This document shows, one piece after another, positions 52,515 through 63,467 of a stretch of DNA of 64,000 nucleotides (positions within the stretch are counted from its first letter, which is position 1; every line of letters begins with the position of its first letter). A program made the position numbers and the translations under genes. The notes beneath the pieces were generated by a model. It did no database searches, was not told the DNA's origin, and saw only the letters and a list, made by a program, of their open reading frames with translations. Source of the stretch: a virus (taxonomy: Duplodnaviria; Caudoviricetes); IMG/VR virus record IMGVR_UViG_3300038530_002083, positions 29,582-93,581 of that record; one strand, written 5' to 3'.

Positions 52515-52733
52515 TTATAATAAAGTCACTCTTTTATTTTTAGTAAACAAAGTACAAGATTCAATAACATCAGGGATTTCTTGATCCCACTTAAATACAG
52601 CGCCGTTAATTCTAACCACTTGATTCTTACACCAACGTTTTAATTCACTGTTAGTAGCCTTAGTTCCTGCACGTTCTCTAGAACAGAAATGACACACTTG
52701 GTTTAGGTTTAGTAATAGCTCCCATGTGTTCAT
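52515..52733 (-). CDS. S4-like RNA-binding domain protein (tentative)
   Basis: TNSELKRW..Q.VRING resembles the S4 motif. Confidence 0.45.
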   Translation of the reverse strand: MNTWELLLNLNQVCHFCSRERAGTKATNSELKRWCKNQVVRINGAVFKWDQEIPDVIESCTLFTKNKRVTLL

Positions 52734-53270
52734 CTTCTACCCCTCATACCAATGATCCCTCTTTCGAGTATTATAATCATACACAACAGGGACAACACTA
52801 GTATTAAACTCTATCGCAGCTTTACAAGCATTCTCAAGTTTTAAGAAGTAGTAAAAACTACCACATTGTTCATGCTCCTGTTTATCTTTAAGACTAAACT
52901 GGTCAGGTCTACGTAATTCATTGGACACTCTGTACATTAAGTCTTGCATACATCCTCCTAATTGTTTCTGTAAAGCTCTGTGAGAAGAGTTCTCTTAAAA
53001 ATAATACCATTGATATATCTATTTAGAAAACTCTTTAGAATGGCTTACAGGGGTTTATTAATATGATAATAATTGAATCTAGCTCCATTCTCACAGATTA
53101 TTTCACCTCCTGTTGTGTATGATTTAAGTTCAGACCCTATTTTTATGCAAGATGCCTGCAAGTAAGTCTCTATAGGGAAGACAGATTGGTTTTCCTTATA
53201 CCAAAGGGTGCTACTGACTCCTATAATTATCCCTAACAACAAAATACCCATATCATTTACGAAATCCATA

Positions 53271-53768
53271 TTATTTCCCTCCCATAAGACTATTTAGTTC
53301 CTTTTGCATCTTGGCAATACCTTCTTCTAACTCTTTGATACGTTTCTGTTCAGCAGTTTCTTCCTCACGTTCCCATAGTATTTCACCCATGTATGTAACT
53401 TTCATAATGTCCCTAGGATTATGACCATAATAGGTTAAATCCTCATTGAAAGAATCTAAAGTGACCTTTGTAAAATGGAATGAAGACATAGACAAACAAT
53501 TGTCGGAGTATAATAACCCCTTGTCTAGGATAACCCGTTTCCATCCATTACGATAAGTAACAACCATACCGTCTTTTAGGTCTGATTTAGTGAAAGAATT
53601 TGCAAGACAAAGGGTATCTTTGTCTAACCATGATTGAGTTTCTTTCAACCATACTTTACCGTACTTATCTAGCCCCTCTACGGTTACTACAAATTCTCCG
53701 TTAGAAAAAGCCTCTCCATTAATCTTTTTAACTTTATCACCTTCTTTATATTTACATTGATTAGTCAT
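53271..53768 (-). CDS. Hypothetical protein
   Basis: FTKSDLKDGMVV.YRNG..DIMKV..LWERE; promoter 53801-53829 TTGACA-17-TAATAT. Confidence 0.7.
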   Translation of the reverse strand: MTNQCKYKEGDKVKKINGEAFSNGEFVVTVEGLDKYGKVWLKETQSWLDKDTLCLANSFTKSDLKDGMVVTYRNGWKRVILDKGLLYSDNCLSMSSFHFTKVTLDSFNEDLTYYGHNPRDIMKVTYMGEILWEREEETAEQKRIKELEEGIAKMQKELNSLMGGK

Positions 53769-53842
53769 AATATTATTCTCCTGTGTTGTTAATGGTTGTA
53801 ATATTAATAGGGGGTTTATCGTGTGTCAAGGTTATTTTTAAT

Positions 53843-54397
53843 TTATTTACCGTGGTGTTCTGAATAGCCAGCGCCTTGTTCATTTAATTTTTTAATCATT
53901 TTATCTCTGTAATTTATAGCAAGTTGCAAAGCTTCGTCATACCCATACTTATTTACACTGAAAGACTTTCTTTTAATTTTTCCATCTAAGTCACACCAAA
54001 AAGCCAACCACCTGCAATATTTACCATCTTCATAACTTACACCTGTGTACCCTGATGTATTACTTTTAATCATGTTTTTGTTTCTAGACTGTATTTCTGG
54101 AAGAACCCATCTACAATTTTCTGGAGAGTATCCCTTTTTTGGGTCAATCCTATCTACAGAGTGTGATTTAGAAGGTCTTTCCCCCATATCTATGTAGAAA
54201 TTTACTAAACCCATCGCGTAATCTTCTCTCCATCTTTTACAGACATATACTCCTTTATCTCCATAATATTCGTACCCTTTCCCTTTAACGTTATGACATC
54301 TGCTTATCATATTGTACCACAGAAAATATAAAGGGTATTTGTCTAATCGCGAGACTTTTAGAATTTCCTTAGCTTTTTGGTATTTTGGCTCTTTCAT
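53843..54397 (-). CDS. HNH homing endonuclease with AP2 domain
   Basis: W.NM.SRC, DMGERP, SVDRID...GYSPENCRW..Q.RN, NTSGYTGV..A...R. Confidence 0.85.
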   Translation of the reverse strand: MKEPKYQKAKEILKVSRLDKYPLYFLWYNMISRCHNVKGKGYEYYGDKGVYVCKRWREDYAMGLVNFYIDMGERPSKSHSVDRIDPKKGYSPENCRWVLPEIQSRNKNMIKSNTSGYTGVSYEDGKYCRWLAFWCDLDGKIKRKSFSVNKYGYDEALQLAINYRDKMIKKLNEQGAGYSEHHGK

Positions 54398-54829
54398 TAT
54401 AGTACCTTTAGTAAATTTTAAACGGATCTGTATCAAGACCAATAGGGTGATACTAGCAAAAATTACCCTGTAAAAGGATTCTACTAAAAGTATCACTATC
54501 ATGGTAGCATCATACGATTACAATAATAAAATTGTTACTAACGAATATACTCTTTATCAGTGGTTATTTGCTAAGGGTTAATTCTTAGAAGGAAACTATC
54601 ACCTTGGGATAGAGCCTACTAACTCGTAGGATTACATCACCGCTGTCACTGTTTATCTCATACTTTGCCTTACATTGGCTGGTATTACGTATGATGGAGC
54701 GTCTGGTCAAAGACGAAGTACATTCGCGTTGTTATAGAGAGTATTTGTTACACCCTTTTATTTGTAGCTTGTATTGCGGTTTAGGGTTGAATAAAACCGC
54801 ACATTCCTCTACAACAACTAATTTCTTAC

Positions 54830-54858
54830 ATTAAAACATGATTATTTACATTTGTCAA
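54830..54858 (-). promoter_or_regulatory. sigma70 promoter driving hairpin-rich leader
   Basis: TTGACA-17-TTTAAT with extended TG. Confidence 0.6.
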
Positions 54859-55037
54859 GATTTATCACAGATAATAATATTCTCATCTGATATGATGAAA
54901 TCGTAGTAACTAGACAAGAACTTAATAATATGCCATAGTTCTAGTTCATCTGTAGGAGGACTAGCTAAGAATCTTTCTAAGTAATATTGTTTGCTTTCAG
55001 TGTTATCGATTATTTTCAAATTATTTTACCTTTTGTG

Positions 55038-55066
55038 TTGACAAAGTATTTAGGACATATTAATAT
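55038..55066 (+). promoter_or_regulatory. sigma70 promoter of rightward operon
   Basis: TTGACA-17-TAATAT. Confidence 0.7.
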
Positions 55067-55129
55067 TCTAACACAAGTTGAGGGAAAGTAAAGCCGCGTA
55101 GACATCTAGACATCCATAAGGAGATTTAT

Positions 55130-58100
55130 ATGACCAAGGTTTATCGATTAGAAACAAAAGCAGGTACATTAGAGGAAGGCACTAACGGAGCTTATAGAGG
55201 AGAGTATGTAAAAGAAAATTATATACATTTAGCTGACATGCTCTTAGGAGAGGTTTGGTGTTCTTCTTATACACACCCTACACCTAACTATGACCCCTTT
55301 TTACGTAATGTAATGCTAACAAACTGTTGCCGTTTTGCTTTTATTAGCATGGAGAGTTTAAAAGATTGGTTCTATATTGATGAAGCTAAAGTAGAAGAAG
55401 TACGTCAATTAGGTGTAGCTAAGATTTCTGTATATGAAGCTGAAGAAGAATACTTGCATATCGGTAAACAACAAGTTATAGTATACGTAGACCGCATGAC
55501 TTTAGTAGAAGAATTAGAATTATAGGAGAAATAAATTATGAATTTATTTTGCAAACATAAATGGGAAGTGCTACACTCTGAAGTAACAAAAAGTAAGTGG
55601 GAGGTGTTTAGTGAAGGTATGGCTTCGTGTAAGAATGCACCTTGGCAGGTGACAGATACCACAAGAAAACACATACAAATCTGTGCTTGCACTAAGTGTG
55701 GTAAGATTAAGAAGTTTGTAACTGAAAATTAAAAGAGGAATATAATGGAAAAAGTAACACGTTCAGAGTTTGACTTACTATTACACTGTGGTGGTGACTG
55801 TGTATCTAAACAAAGTAACACTAACTTAAGAGGAAGGCATTTAGTTCTTATGTTGAACGGTAATAAAATAAGAGTATTACTATTAGAAGAGAACACAAAT
55901 GGTTATTTTATCTACGAGGAAGATTCAACCCTATATAAAGGTTTGTCTTTCTTAGAACAATGTTAAGGGAGAAATTATGAATAATATGACAGTAGATGGT
56001 TTAAAAAAAGTAGTAGAGTCTTTACCTGACAGTTATTTTGGTCTTGGTATTTCTTCAGTACACTCGTGGAGAGGTTCTTATGATGAACCTGCTTTTACAC
56101 TAGAACCTAATGTTAGTAAGCAAACTATGTTAAATGTTATTGATAGCTGCCTTTCTTACGTGTTTGAGGGGTGGAAAGGTGGGGAGTTCAAATACTATGA
56201 TTATAGCCCTGTGAACTTTGACACTGAAGGGAATTACACCGAAGGAGGTTATTTATTAAAGGCTTTAGCAAGAAACCCCGACAATATATTTTTACTTAGT
56301 ATAGTTTTAGGGATAGAAGAATGAAACAAAAACTTGACACAACATATTATTTTGAAGGAGAATAGGTTATGGTATATATTGCATTAGTTTTATCACTTTG
56401 GTTGTTGTTTCTAGGTATTAAGATGGAGACAACTAACACTAAATCGAAAATTATTTTAGAAATGCCTTGCTATGTGTTTTCTTTTATAGTAGGGTTGTGG
56501 TTCTGTAAACAAGTTGGGATTATTTGAGGGAGGTATTATGAACACTTACCAAAAAGAGATTTTATTTGAATCACGTAAGAAGAATATGTTTATTGCATAC
56601 TTATTGGGGTGCTTCTTGGGAGGCATCGGTATGCACAGGTTTTATTTGAAGGACTTTCTAGGAGGGAGTGCATACATTGTACTGTTGTTTTTGTCTATGT
56701 TTATCCCTATTATAGGGGCTGTACACTTAGTTTATTTATTTGTTGATTTTTTCTTGACATACAGAATGGTTAATGTATATAATCTGGGTGTACGTAAAGA
56801 AATTGAAGCTATTTCAGGAGAATAGATATGGGAATGTTCAACACAGTAATATTCAATTGCCCTAAATGTGGAGAGAGTTTCGAGGAACAATCTAAAACAG
56901 GGTGTTGCAGTTTAAAAACTTTCCATCAGAGTAACGTTCCTGTAGCGGATGTTAGCGGATTAGTAGACAGAGATGGTCTAGTTTACTGCTCAGAATGTAG
57001 TCACCCTTTTAGGTTAAATTACCCTAGACGTTTTAGTTTGCATCTTAGTAGTGCAGAGGATAACTACGATTACGATTAAACTATTTACAATTGACATTTA
57101 TAATGTTATTATGTAAGAAATCAATCAGAGAAAGGAAAAGGTTATGTGTTTATTATTAATTTTACTAGGTATTATGTTGGTTAGAAACAGTGTAGTATGT
57201 AATGTAAGAACTGAACTACTTAACAGCGATTACAGTAACTATAAGCTTTTACCTAGTTACGTACCAGTGGACTATGCAGACTACTCAATCATACTCAAAT
57301 CGTTATGTGGCAGAGGAAGAAACTAATGACTAAACCAAAACACAAGATTTACCACGAGTTTAACTTCTACATTGCATTAGCTAGTGTTATAGGTGTATTT
57401 TTTACTTCAGATAATACACTACAATGGGTACTGTTAGCTATGTTTGTTTCAAACACTGCTCTAGCACAAGCTGTGTGTAATAGAAATAACATTAAAGATT
57501 TATACAAGGAGAAAGAGGATGAAAAAGGTTAATATAACCTTATCTTGGATGTCACCTTATGATGCACCGCTTCCAGTAGATGATAAGTTTGGAGACATTC
57601 GCGGAGTGGGTGTCACAGAAAACGGGATTCGAGTAGAATTTTATACCGGAGAAGATTCAGGTGTGTATTTACACAAAAATGCACTCTACGTACATGAGAG
57701 TAATTTGGAGGATGATTAATGACTGAGCAAGAATTGATTAAAATGATGTATAACATGCTTATCGAGTTAAAAGGAGAATTAGAACACTACGAACCTGAAT
57801 GGAATTATCCTGCATTGAATAAGTTACTTACTGAGGTGGAGCAGACCTATGACTAAACAAGAACTACTAGCACAGAAAGCCCTGTACGAGTCTCACGTAG
57901 CTTTTAAAGAAGGGGAGCTACGTTCATTCAAAGATAAGTTAAAGTCTATTGAGAGTGCCTTACAGGAGCTAGAAAAAGGAGACCAGATGGATATGTTTGA
58001 AAAAGATTGGGGTTTTGATTATGAAGGCAGATAGTGTACATTTCTTAGAACATCCTATACGTTTAATCACTAATGATGGTGGTAGGTATACGAACGCAAG

Positions 58101-58362
58101 ATTGATAGCTACGTCTTCTCATAATATAAGTCAAGATAAAAATAGTATTATGTGTGTCATTTGTACTGATTGTTTTAATATCCTTACTATGAGTATGTCT
58201 TCCATGAATCACTACTGGTCAAAAGGAGAAGAGTATGAAGGAGACCTTGCCAGTGTTTTTACTGTAACGCTAAATGATTTTATTGATTCTGTGGAAGAGA
58301 ATATAAAAGAACTAAAACTTTGGGTTAAAGAGCATCAAAGTAATACAGATATATTACTGTAG
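55130..58362 (+). other. Run of small rightward hypothetical genes
   Basis: Packed ORFs with RBSs, several Cys-rich or membrane-spanning. Confidence 0.7.
56538..56825 (+). CDS. TM2-domain membrane protein
   Basis: K...IAYLL..FLGGIGMHRFYL. Confidence 0.8.
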   Translation: MNTYQKEILFESRKKNMFIAYLLGCFLGGIGMHRFYLKDFLGGSAYIVLLFLSMFIPIIGAVHLVYLFVDFFLTYRMVNVYNLGVRKEIEAISGE

Positions 58363-58373
58363 TGAGGTGAAGT

Positions 58374-60383
58374 GTGGCAAGAATTACTAAAAGTAAAAAG
58401 AGTAAAAAAGTTGAAGAAGAAAAAGATGCAGGAGACCGTATATCTCAACAATTCCCTTGTATAGCTGATGAGTTATTAGATGAATATGACCACTTAAAAG
58501 GGTGTGGTAGTTCTGACGCATTATCTGTTTATCAGCATATAGACGAAGATGGTGAAGTTTATTATGATGCATATTGTTGGTCATGTAACCAAGTTTATGA
58601 TCATGAAATGATAACTAAAACCTCTATTGCAGGAGATTTAGGTCTAGAGTCTAATGGTAAAGTAAGCGGTAATGTTAAATTAACTAAAGCCTCTAAAGCA
58701 GAGCCTTTAACCAAAGAACAAGCTCAAACCTTAATGAAACAGATTGGGTATAAAGCTAAAGGTTATAGAGGGATTAAAGATGAATTCGTTAAATACTACG
58801 GTTGTCTTACTAAACTAGACCAAAAAGGGGAAGTGGAAGCCAGATATTACCCAGAGACTACCGATGGTAAGGTTTCAGGGTATACAATACGTAAACATCC
58901 TAAGAATTTCAGACAACCTCGTTTAGGTAAAACTGGTATGTCTAGCGACCTATATGGGCAAGTACGCTGGCGAAAAGGTGGCGGTAAGTATGTCATGGTT
59001 TGTGGAGGACAAGAAGATTGCCATGCTGCACTACAGATGTTTGTAGAGTACAATCGTTCTAGAGGGCAAGATGATTATGATCCATTCCCTATTGTATCTC
59101 CTACGACAGGAGAAGGTAGTGCTTATAAACAGCTTGCAGCGCAATATGACTGGCTTGACTCTTACGATGGTATATACCTAGCACTAGACTCAGATAAAGC
59201 AGGGAGAGAAGCTGTAGAGCGTTGTATTGAGGTGCTTCCAGCAGAGAAAGTGCATATTGTTACTTGGTCAGGAAAAGACCCTAATGATATGTTGCAGAAA
59301 GGAAAGCAGAAGCAGTTTATTAGAGATTTCTATAATGCTAAACCTTACTTTAATGATGGGATCAAAACATCCGCAGGGTTGTATGATGCAGTTATAGAAG
59401 AACTGAATAAAGAGCGTCTTACATTACCACCTTATATGAGTAAAATGCAAAAAATGATGGGAGGAGGAGTATTACCTGCAACGATCACTAACATTATTGC
59501 TGATACATCGGTAGGTAAATCTAGCCACGTTAATAATTGTATCTATCATTGGGTAATGACAGCATCAGAAACAGTAACGATTATTTCCTTAGAAGCTACA
59601 GAAGGACAGCTAGGAGAAGACCTGTTCTCATTACATTTAGGTGTAAACCTACGTTGGATGAGCGATGAAGATAAAGACGCTTTCTTTGAAAAAGAGGAAA
59701 CTAAAGAGAAGCTATTTGACCTTATGTTCTTACCTGACGGACAACCTCGATTCTTGATCATCGATGAGAGGGACGCTGATATAGAGAAGTGTGAGAAGCG
59801 TATGGAGAAAGCATTTAAGCAGTATGGTTCTCGTATATTTGTATTTGATGTTCTCACTGATGCTTTACGAGGGGTAGCTAGTGAACTCCAAGAGAGTCAC
59901 ATGGTGTGGCAAAAGATGTTCATTAAAAACGATATTCGTATTATTAATGTGCTTCATACACGTAAACCCCCTAAAGGAAAAGATGGTAAGAGTGTGCCAA
60001 TATCAGAGTATGACGCATTAGGTAGTAGTACATTTGTACAGTCCGGCGCATATAATATCTTGCTAGAACGAGATAAAGAGTCTGATGATCTACGAGCTAA
60101 AAATACTACCAGAGTACGTATGCCTAAATGTCGTAAAGGTATTACAGGTAAAGCAGGTGATTGGTACTTCGACTTTGATACTAGACAGTGTTATGACTAT
60201 GAAGAACATTTTGGAGAACCTTTTGAAGAGGGGGATACCAAAACTTCATCACCTAACACCAGTAAGAAGAAGTTCACTAAACCAAACTCTAAAAAAGTAG
60301 AAGAGGTTGAAGAAGATAAACCACCTTTTGACCCAGATACTTCGGAAGGAGATGATGATAATCCATTTACAGGAGAAGATTAA
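58374..60383 (+). CDS. Primase-helicase (T7 gp4-like)
   Basis: Zn motif C..CGSSDA..CWSC, TOPRIM DSDKAG, helicase GKSS, SLE, H4-like GS..F.Q. Confidence 0.88.
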   Translation: MARITKSKKSKKVEEEKDAGDRISQQFPCIADELLDEYDHLKGCGSSDALSVYQHIDEDGEVYYDAYCWSCNQVYDHEMITKTSIAGDLGLESNGKVSGNVKLTKASKAEPLTKEQAQTLMKQIGYKAKGYRGIKDEFVKYYGCLTKLDQKGEVEARYYPETTDGKVSGYTIRKHPKNFRQPRLGKTGMSSDLYGQVRWRKGGGKYVMVCGGQEDCHAALQMFVEYNRSRGQDDYDPFPIVSPTTGEGSAYKQLAAQYDWLDSYDGIYLALDSDKAGREAVERCIEVLPAEKVHIVTWSGKDPNDMLQKGKQKQFIRDFYNAKPYFNDGIKTSAGLYDAVIEELNKERLTLPPYMSKMQKMMGGGVLPATITNIIADTSVGKSSHVNNCIYHWVMTASETVTIISLEATEGQLGEDLFSLHLGVNLRWMSDEDKDAFFEKEETKEKLFDLMFLPDGQPRFLIIDERDADIEKCEKRMEKAFKQYGSRIFVFDVLTDALRGVASELQESHMVWQKMFIKNDIRIINVLHTRKPPKGKDGKSVPISEYDALGSSTFVQSGAYNILLERDKESDDLRAKNTTRVRMPKCRKGITGKAGDWYFDFDTRQCYDYEEHFGEPFEEGDTKTSSPNTSKKKFTKPNSKKVEEVEEDKPPFDPDTSEGDDDNPFTGED

Positions 60384-62845
60384 TGGAGTATAAAAATAGA
60401 CTACTAGCCTCTGATATAGAGGCTGTAGGTTTCTATGACGATGTACATAAGAAGAGTGATATCCATTGTCTTTGCTCTATTGATATTGAGACAGAAGAGG
60501 TTCTTCTATTTCATAATCATCCTAAGTTTGACAATGTGGAAGTAAAAGACCCTTACGATGGTAAAACATATATTATCCCTCCTCGTAAAGGTACACTAGA
60601 TGAAGGTATTGCTTTTTGGGAGAAAGCGGTAAATAACGGGAGTAAACTCATCATACACAATGCTTATGGGTATGATAAGCATGTAGTTGATAAAATATGG
60701 CCTAGTAATGCAATAAAACGTAAACACTACCATGATACGTTTGTTCAGAGTAAGGTACAATGGTTTGAACGTCCAACACCTAAAGGGGCTAAAAGTCCTC
60801 ACGGATTGAAAGCTTATGGTATTAAGTGTGGGGTAAATAAACCAGAAGTTACAGATTGGAAAACTATTGATGCTTTCAAGATGCATCGTGTAATTGAAGA
60901 CTGTAAGATTCAGGCTAGTACATACTTGATGCTAGAGAAAGAAGCGTCTATACTTAAGGATAAGTTTGATATAGACTTTGCGTTAGCTCTCGATATAGAG
61001 GGGCAATATGCGATAGAATGCTTTAATCAAGAAAAGACAGGTGTTAAGGTCGATATAGAACATGCGCAGGAGTGTATTAAAGACCTTGACAATAAACTTG
61101 AAGCATTACGGGCAGAAATCGAACCACAGTTACCTCCTACAATCAAAGGAGCTACGCAAAAGATAAGTCGTAAAGAGATGTCAGAGTTATTCGGTTTTGA
61201 TTCTAGTAAAGTTAAAGAGAAGTATGTAGACAGAAACCAAAATGGAGAGGTAGTATCTGTAATAGAGAAACCTTTCCATAAACCTACAATTAACTATACC
61301 AAGAAGATACCTCATAAGTGTTGGAAGGCTAAACATCCTAAATTAGGGACAATACCTGCATTCGATACTAAATCCGAAGTAACTCAGGTAATAAAACGAA
61401 AACATGGAAATACTAAAGGGTGGGATATTTACAAGGAAGAGTGGGATGAGTATATTCTTAATGACCATACTTGTAACCATTTTGACCTTAACCCTGAAGA
61501 TACTGATATTGTATCAGGTGCGTTCACTCGTATTAAGATAGAACCGTCAAAACTTACTCAACATGAGGTGGTAAAAGGTTTCTTGATTAAGCTTGGGTGG
61601 AAAGACGCTGATGAATGGAATCTTAAAAAAGATGTACATGGTTCTTATATCAAAGCTGAAGAAGATATGGAGCTAAGATGGCCTAAAAAGGCACACCCTG
61701 ACAACCAACTCATTAAAGTGGTAAAGAAAGGGGAATTGTTAGTAACAAGTCCTAAGCTGACAGATGATGATTACGAACAACTGCCAGAAGGTTTAGGTAA
61801 GAAGATCGCAGAGTATAACACATACAAACATAGACGTAATTTCTTAGAGAACATTAAAGACCCTGAGAATAAAGGAATCTTGAGTTATGTGAGAGAAGAT
61901 GGTAGGATACCTGCGGGGGTTAATAACTTCGCTACACGTAGTGGTAGAGGCGCACAGCGTATATGGGTTAATGCTCCATCAGAGTCTGCTTTGTATGGTA
62001 AAGAAATAAGAAAATTATTAATACCAGAAGAAGGTAAGGTCTTTCTAGGTATTGATATGAAGTCTGCTCAGTTGTCTATCGCTGCTTACTACGCTAATAA
62101 TTGGGAGTATTACAACAATGTCGCATCAGGTATTGAGTTTGATGAAGATGGTAAGTATGTAGGAGAAACTGCTCACTGTGTCAACACCCGTATGCTAGGT
62201 ATGGTTACAGAAGAGGAATGGAAAGAAGCGGTAAGGACACAAAATAGTGAACTTATTGAAAAACTAAGCTTAAAGAGGAAGAAAAGCAAAGGAGGCTCTT
62301 TTTCGATCATCTTCGGAGCAAGTGGCAGTAAAGTAGGTAAAACTGTAGGAATCTCTGAAAAGGAGGGAGCTAAAGCAAAAGACAAATTCCTCGAACAAAT
62401 GGGTCTGGATACAGTAATTGAGGTATTGCGTTACTATGAGAGTGTTTATAAATATGGGGGAGGTTTCTATCTACCTTTAGCTTTCGGGTACTGGTTATGG
62501 AATAATAGTTCGCATAAAAGTTTCAATACTATTGACCAAGGTTTTGAAGCGTTAGCGCAGAAACTTGCTGTAATTAAGTTAGCTAAGGATGTTAAAAAGT
62601 TAGGGTTAACAGATCATATTAAAAAGGTTCTAGACGTACATGACGAATATTTACTAGAAATATCAAAAGGTTATGAGGATATAGCAGGAGACTTAGCGCA
62701 AAACTCTTATACATGGGCTGCCAAACAGATATTTTTATATCATAAAAAGCATCCATACCATTTTGCGAATGAATCTCCTCCAGAATTTTCTATTGACCTT
62801 AACGGTGGATATAAGATTGGAGATAGTTATTATGATTGCCACTAA
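60383..62845 (+). CDS. Family A DNA polymerase with 3'-5' exonuclease
   Basis: Exo DIE, HN..GYD; TRSGR; motif A DMKSAQL; motif B R...K...F...FG; motif C VHDE. Confidence 0.92.
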   Translation: MEYKNRLLASDIEAVGFYDDVHKKSDIHCLCSIDIETEEVLLFHNHPKFDNVEVKDPYDGKTYIIPPRKGTLDEGIAFWEKAVNNGSKLIIHNAYGYDKHVVDKIWPSNAIKRKHYHDTFVQSKVQWFERPTPKGAKSPHGLKAYGIKCGVNKPEVTDWKTIDAFKMHRVIEDCKIQASTYLMLEKEASILKDKFDIDFALALDIEGQYAIECFNQEKTGVKVDIEHAQECIKDLDNKLEALRAEIEPQLPPTIKGATQKISRKEMSELFGFDSSKVKEKYVDRNQNGEVVSVIEKPFHKPTINYTKKIPHKCWKAKHPKLGTIPAFDTKSEVTQVIKRKHGNTKGWDIYKEEWDEYILNDHTCNHFDLNPEDTDIVSGAFTRIKIEPSKLTQHEVVKGFLIKLGWKDADEWNLKKDVHGSYIKAEEDMELRWPKKAHPDNQLIKVVKKGELLVTSPKLTDDDYEQLPEGLGKKIAEYNTYKHRRNFLENIKDPENKGILSYVREDGRIPAGVNNFATRSGRGAQRIWVNAPSESALYGKEIRKLLIPEEGKVFLGIDMKSAQLSIAAYYANNWEYYNNVASGIEFDEDGKYVGETAHCVNTRMLGMVTEEEWKEAVRTQNSELIEKLSLKRKKSKGGSFSIIFGASGSKVGKTVGISEKEGAKAKDKFLEQMGLDTVIEVLRYYESVYKYGGGFYLPLAFGYWLWNNSSHKSFNTIDQGFEALAQKLAVIKLAKDVKKLGLTDHIKKVLDVHDEYLLEISKGYEDIAGDLAQNSYTWAAKQIFLYHKKHPYHFANESPPEFSIDLNGGYKIGDSYYDCH

Positions 62846-63428
62846 TGAAAAAGATATATGGAAAGATGTTGAAGATTTCGAATGTCTTTATCAAGTAAGT
62901 AATTTAGGTAAAGTTAAATCTTTAAAGAAAAGTATGATACTGTCACCGTCGAAACACACATCTAAGTATTTAAAGCAGATATTGTTTAAAGATAAAAAAC
63001 AAAAAGGTTTTTATTTACACAGACTAGTGGCACAACATTTTTGCTACAATGACGACCCTAAAAACAAGACTCAGGTTAATCATATTAATGGTAATCATAA
63101 AGATAACAGAGCTTGTAATTTAGAGTGGTGTACCCCGTCAGAGAATATAAAACATGGAGTACGCTCTGGCAAGATTAACAATTCAAGAAAAGGTAATAAA
63201 GTAAAATGGTTTACTGAAAATGAAGCAGCTAATATTGCACTATTAGAACTAAAAGGTTATTCTATTAACAATATAGCAGAGTATCTAGGAAGAAGTAGAA
63301 CATCTATATCTTCTTTTATGAATGGAAGAGGGAATAAGAGAGTGACAGAATTCTACGAGTTAGTGAAGGAGGAAATAAAAAGTTTAGATAATTTAAAAAT
63401 AACCATTTACAACAAAGCGTTATTATGA
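62832..63428 (+). CDS. NUMOD4-HNH homing endonuclease
   Basis: WKDV..Y.VSNLGKVKS, HRLVA..F, VNHING...DNR..NLEW.T..EN..H. Confidence 0.88.
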   Translation: MIATNEKDIWKDVEDFECLYQVSNLGKVKSLKKSMILSPSKHTSKYLKQILFKDKKQKGFYLHRLVAQHFCYNDDPKNKTQVNHINGNHKDNRACNLEWCTPSENIKHGVRSGKINNSRKGNKVKWFTENEAANIALLELKGYSINNIAEYLGRSRTSISSFMNGRGNKRVTEFYELVKEEIKSLDNLKITIYNKALL

Positions 63429-63467
63429 GATAATATACTTATACACTAGAGAAAAGGAGAAGTAAAT

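Noticed and set aside
54410-54830. Group I intron around the HNH-AP2 gene
   Set aside because: No recognisable R/S (P7) elements and no interrupted flanking gene
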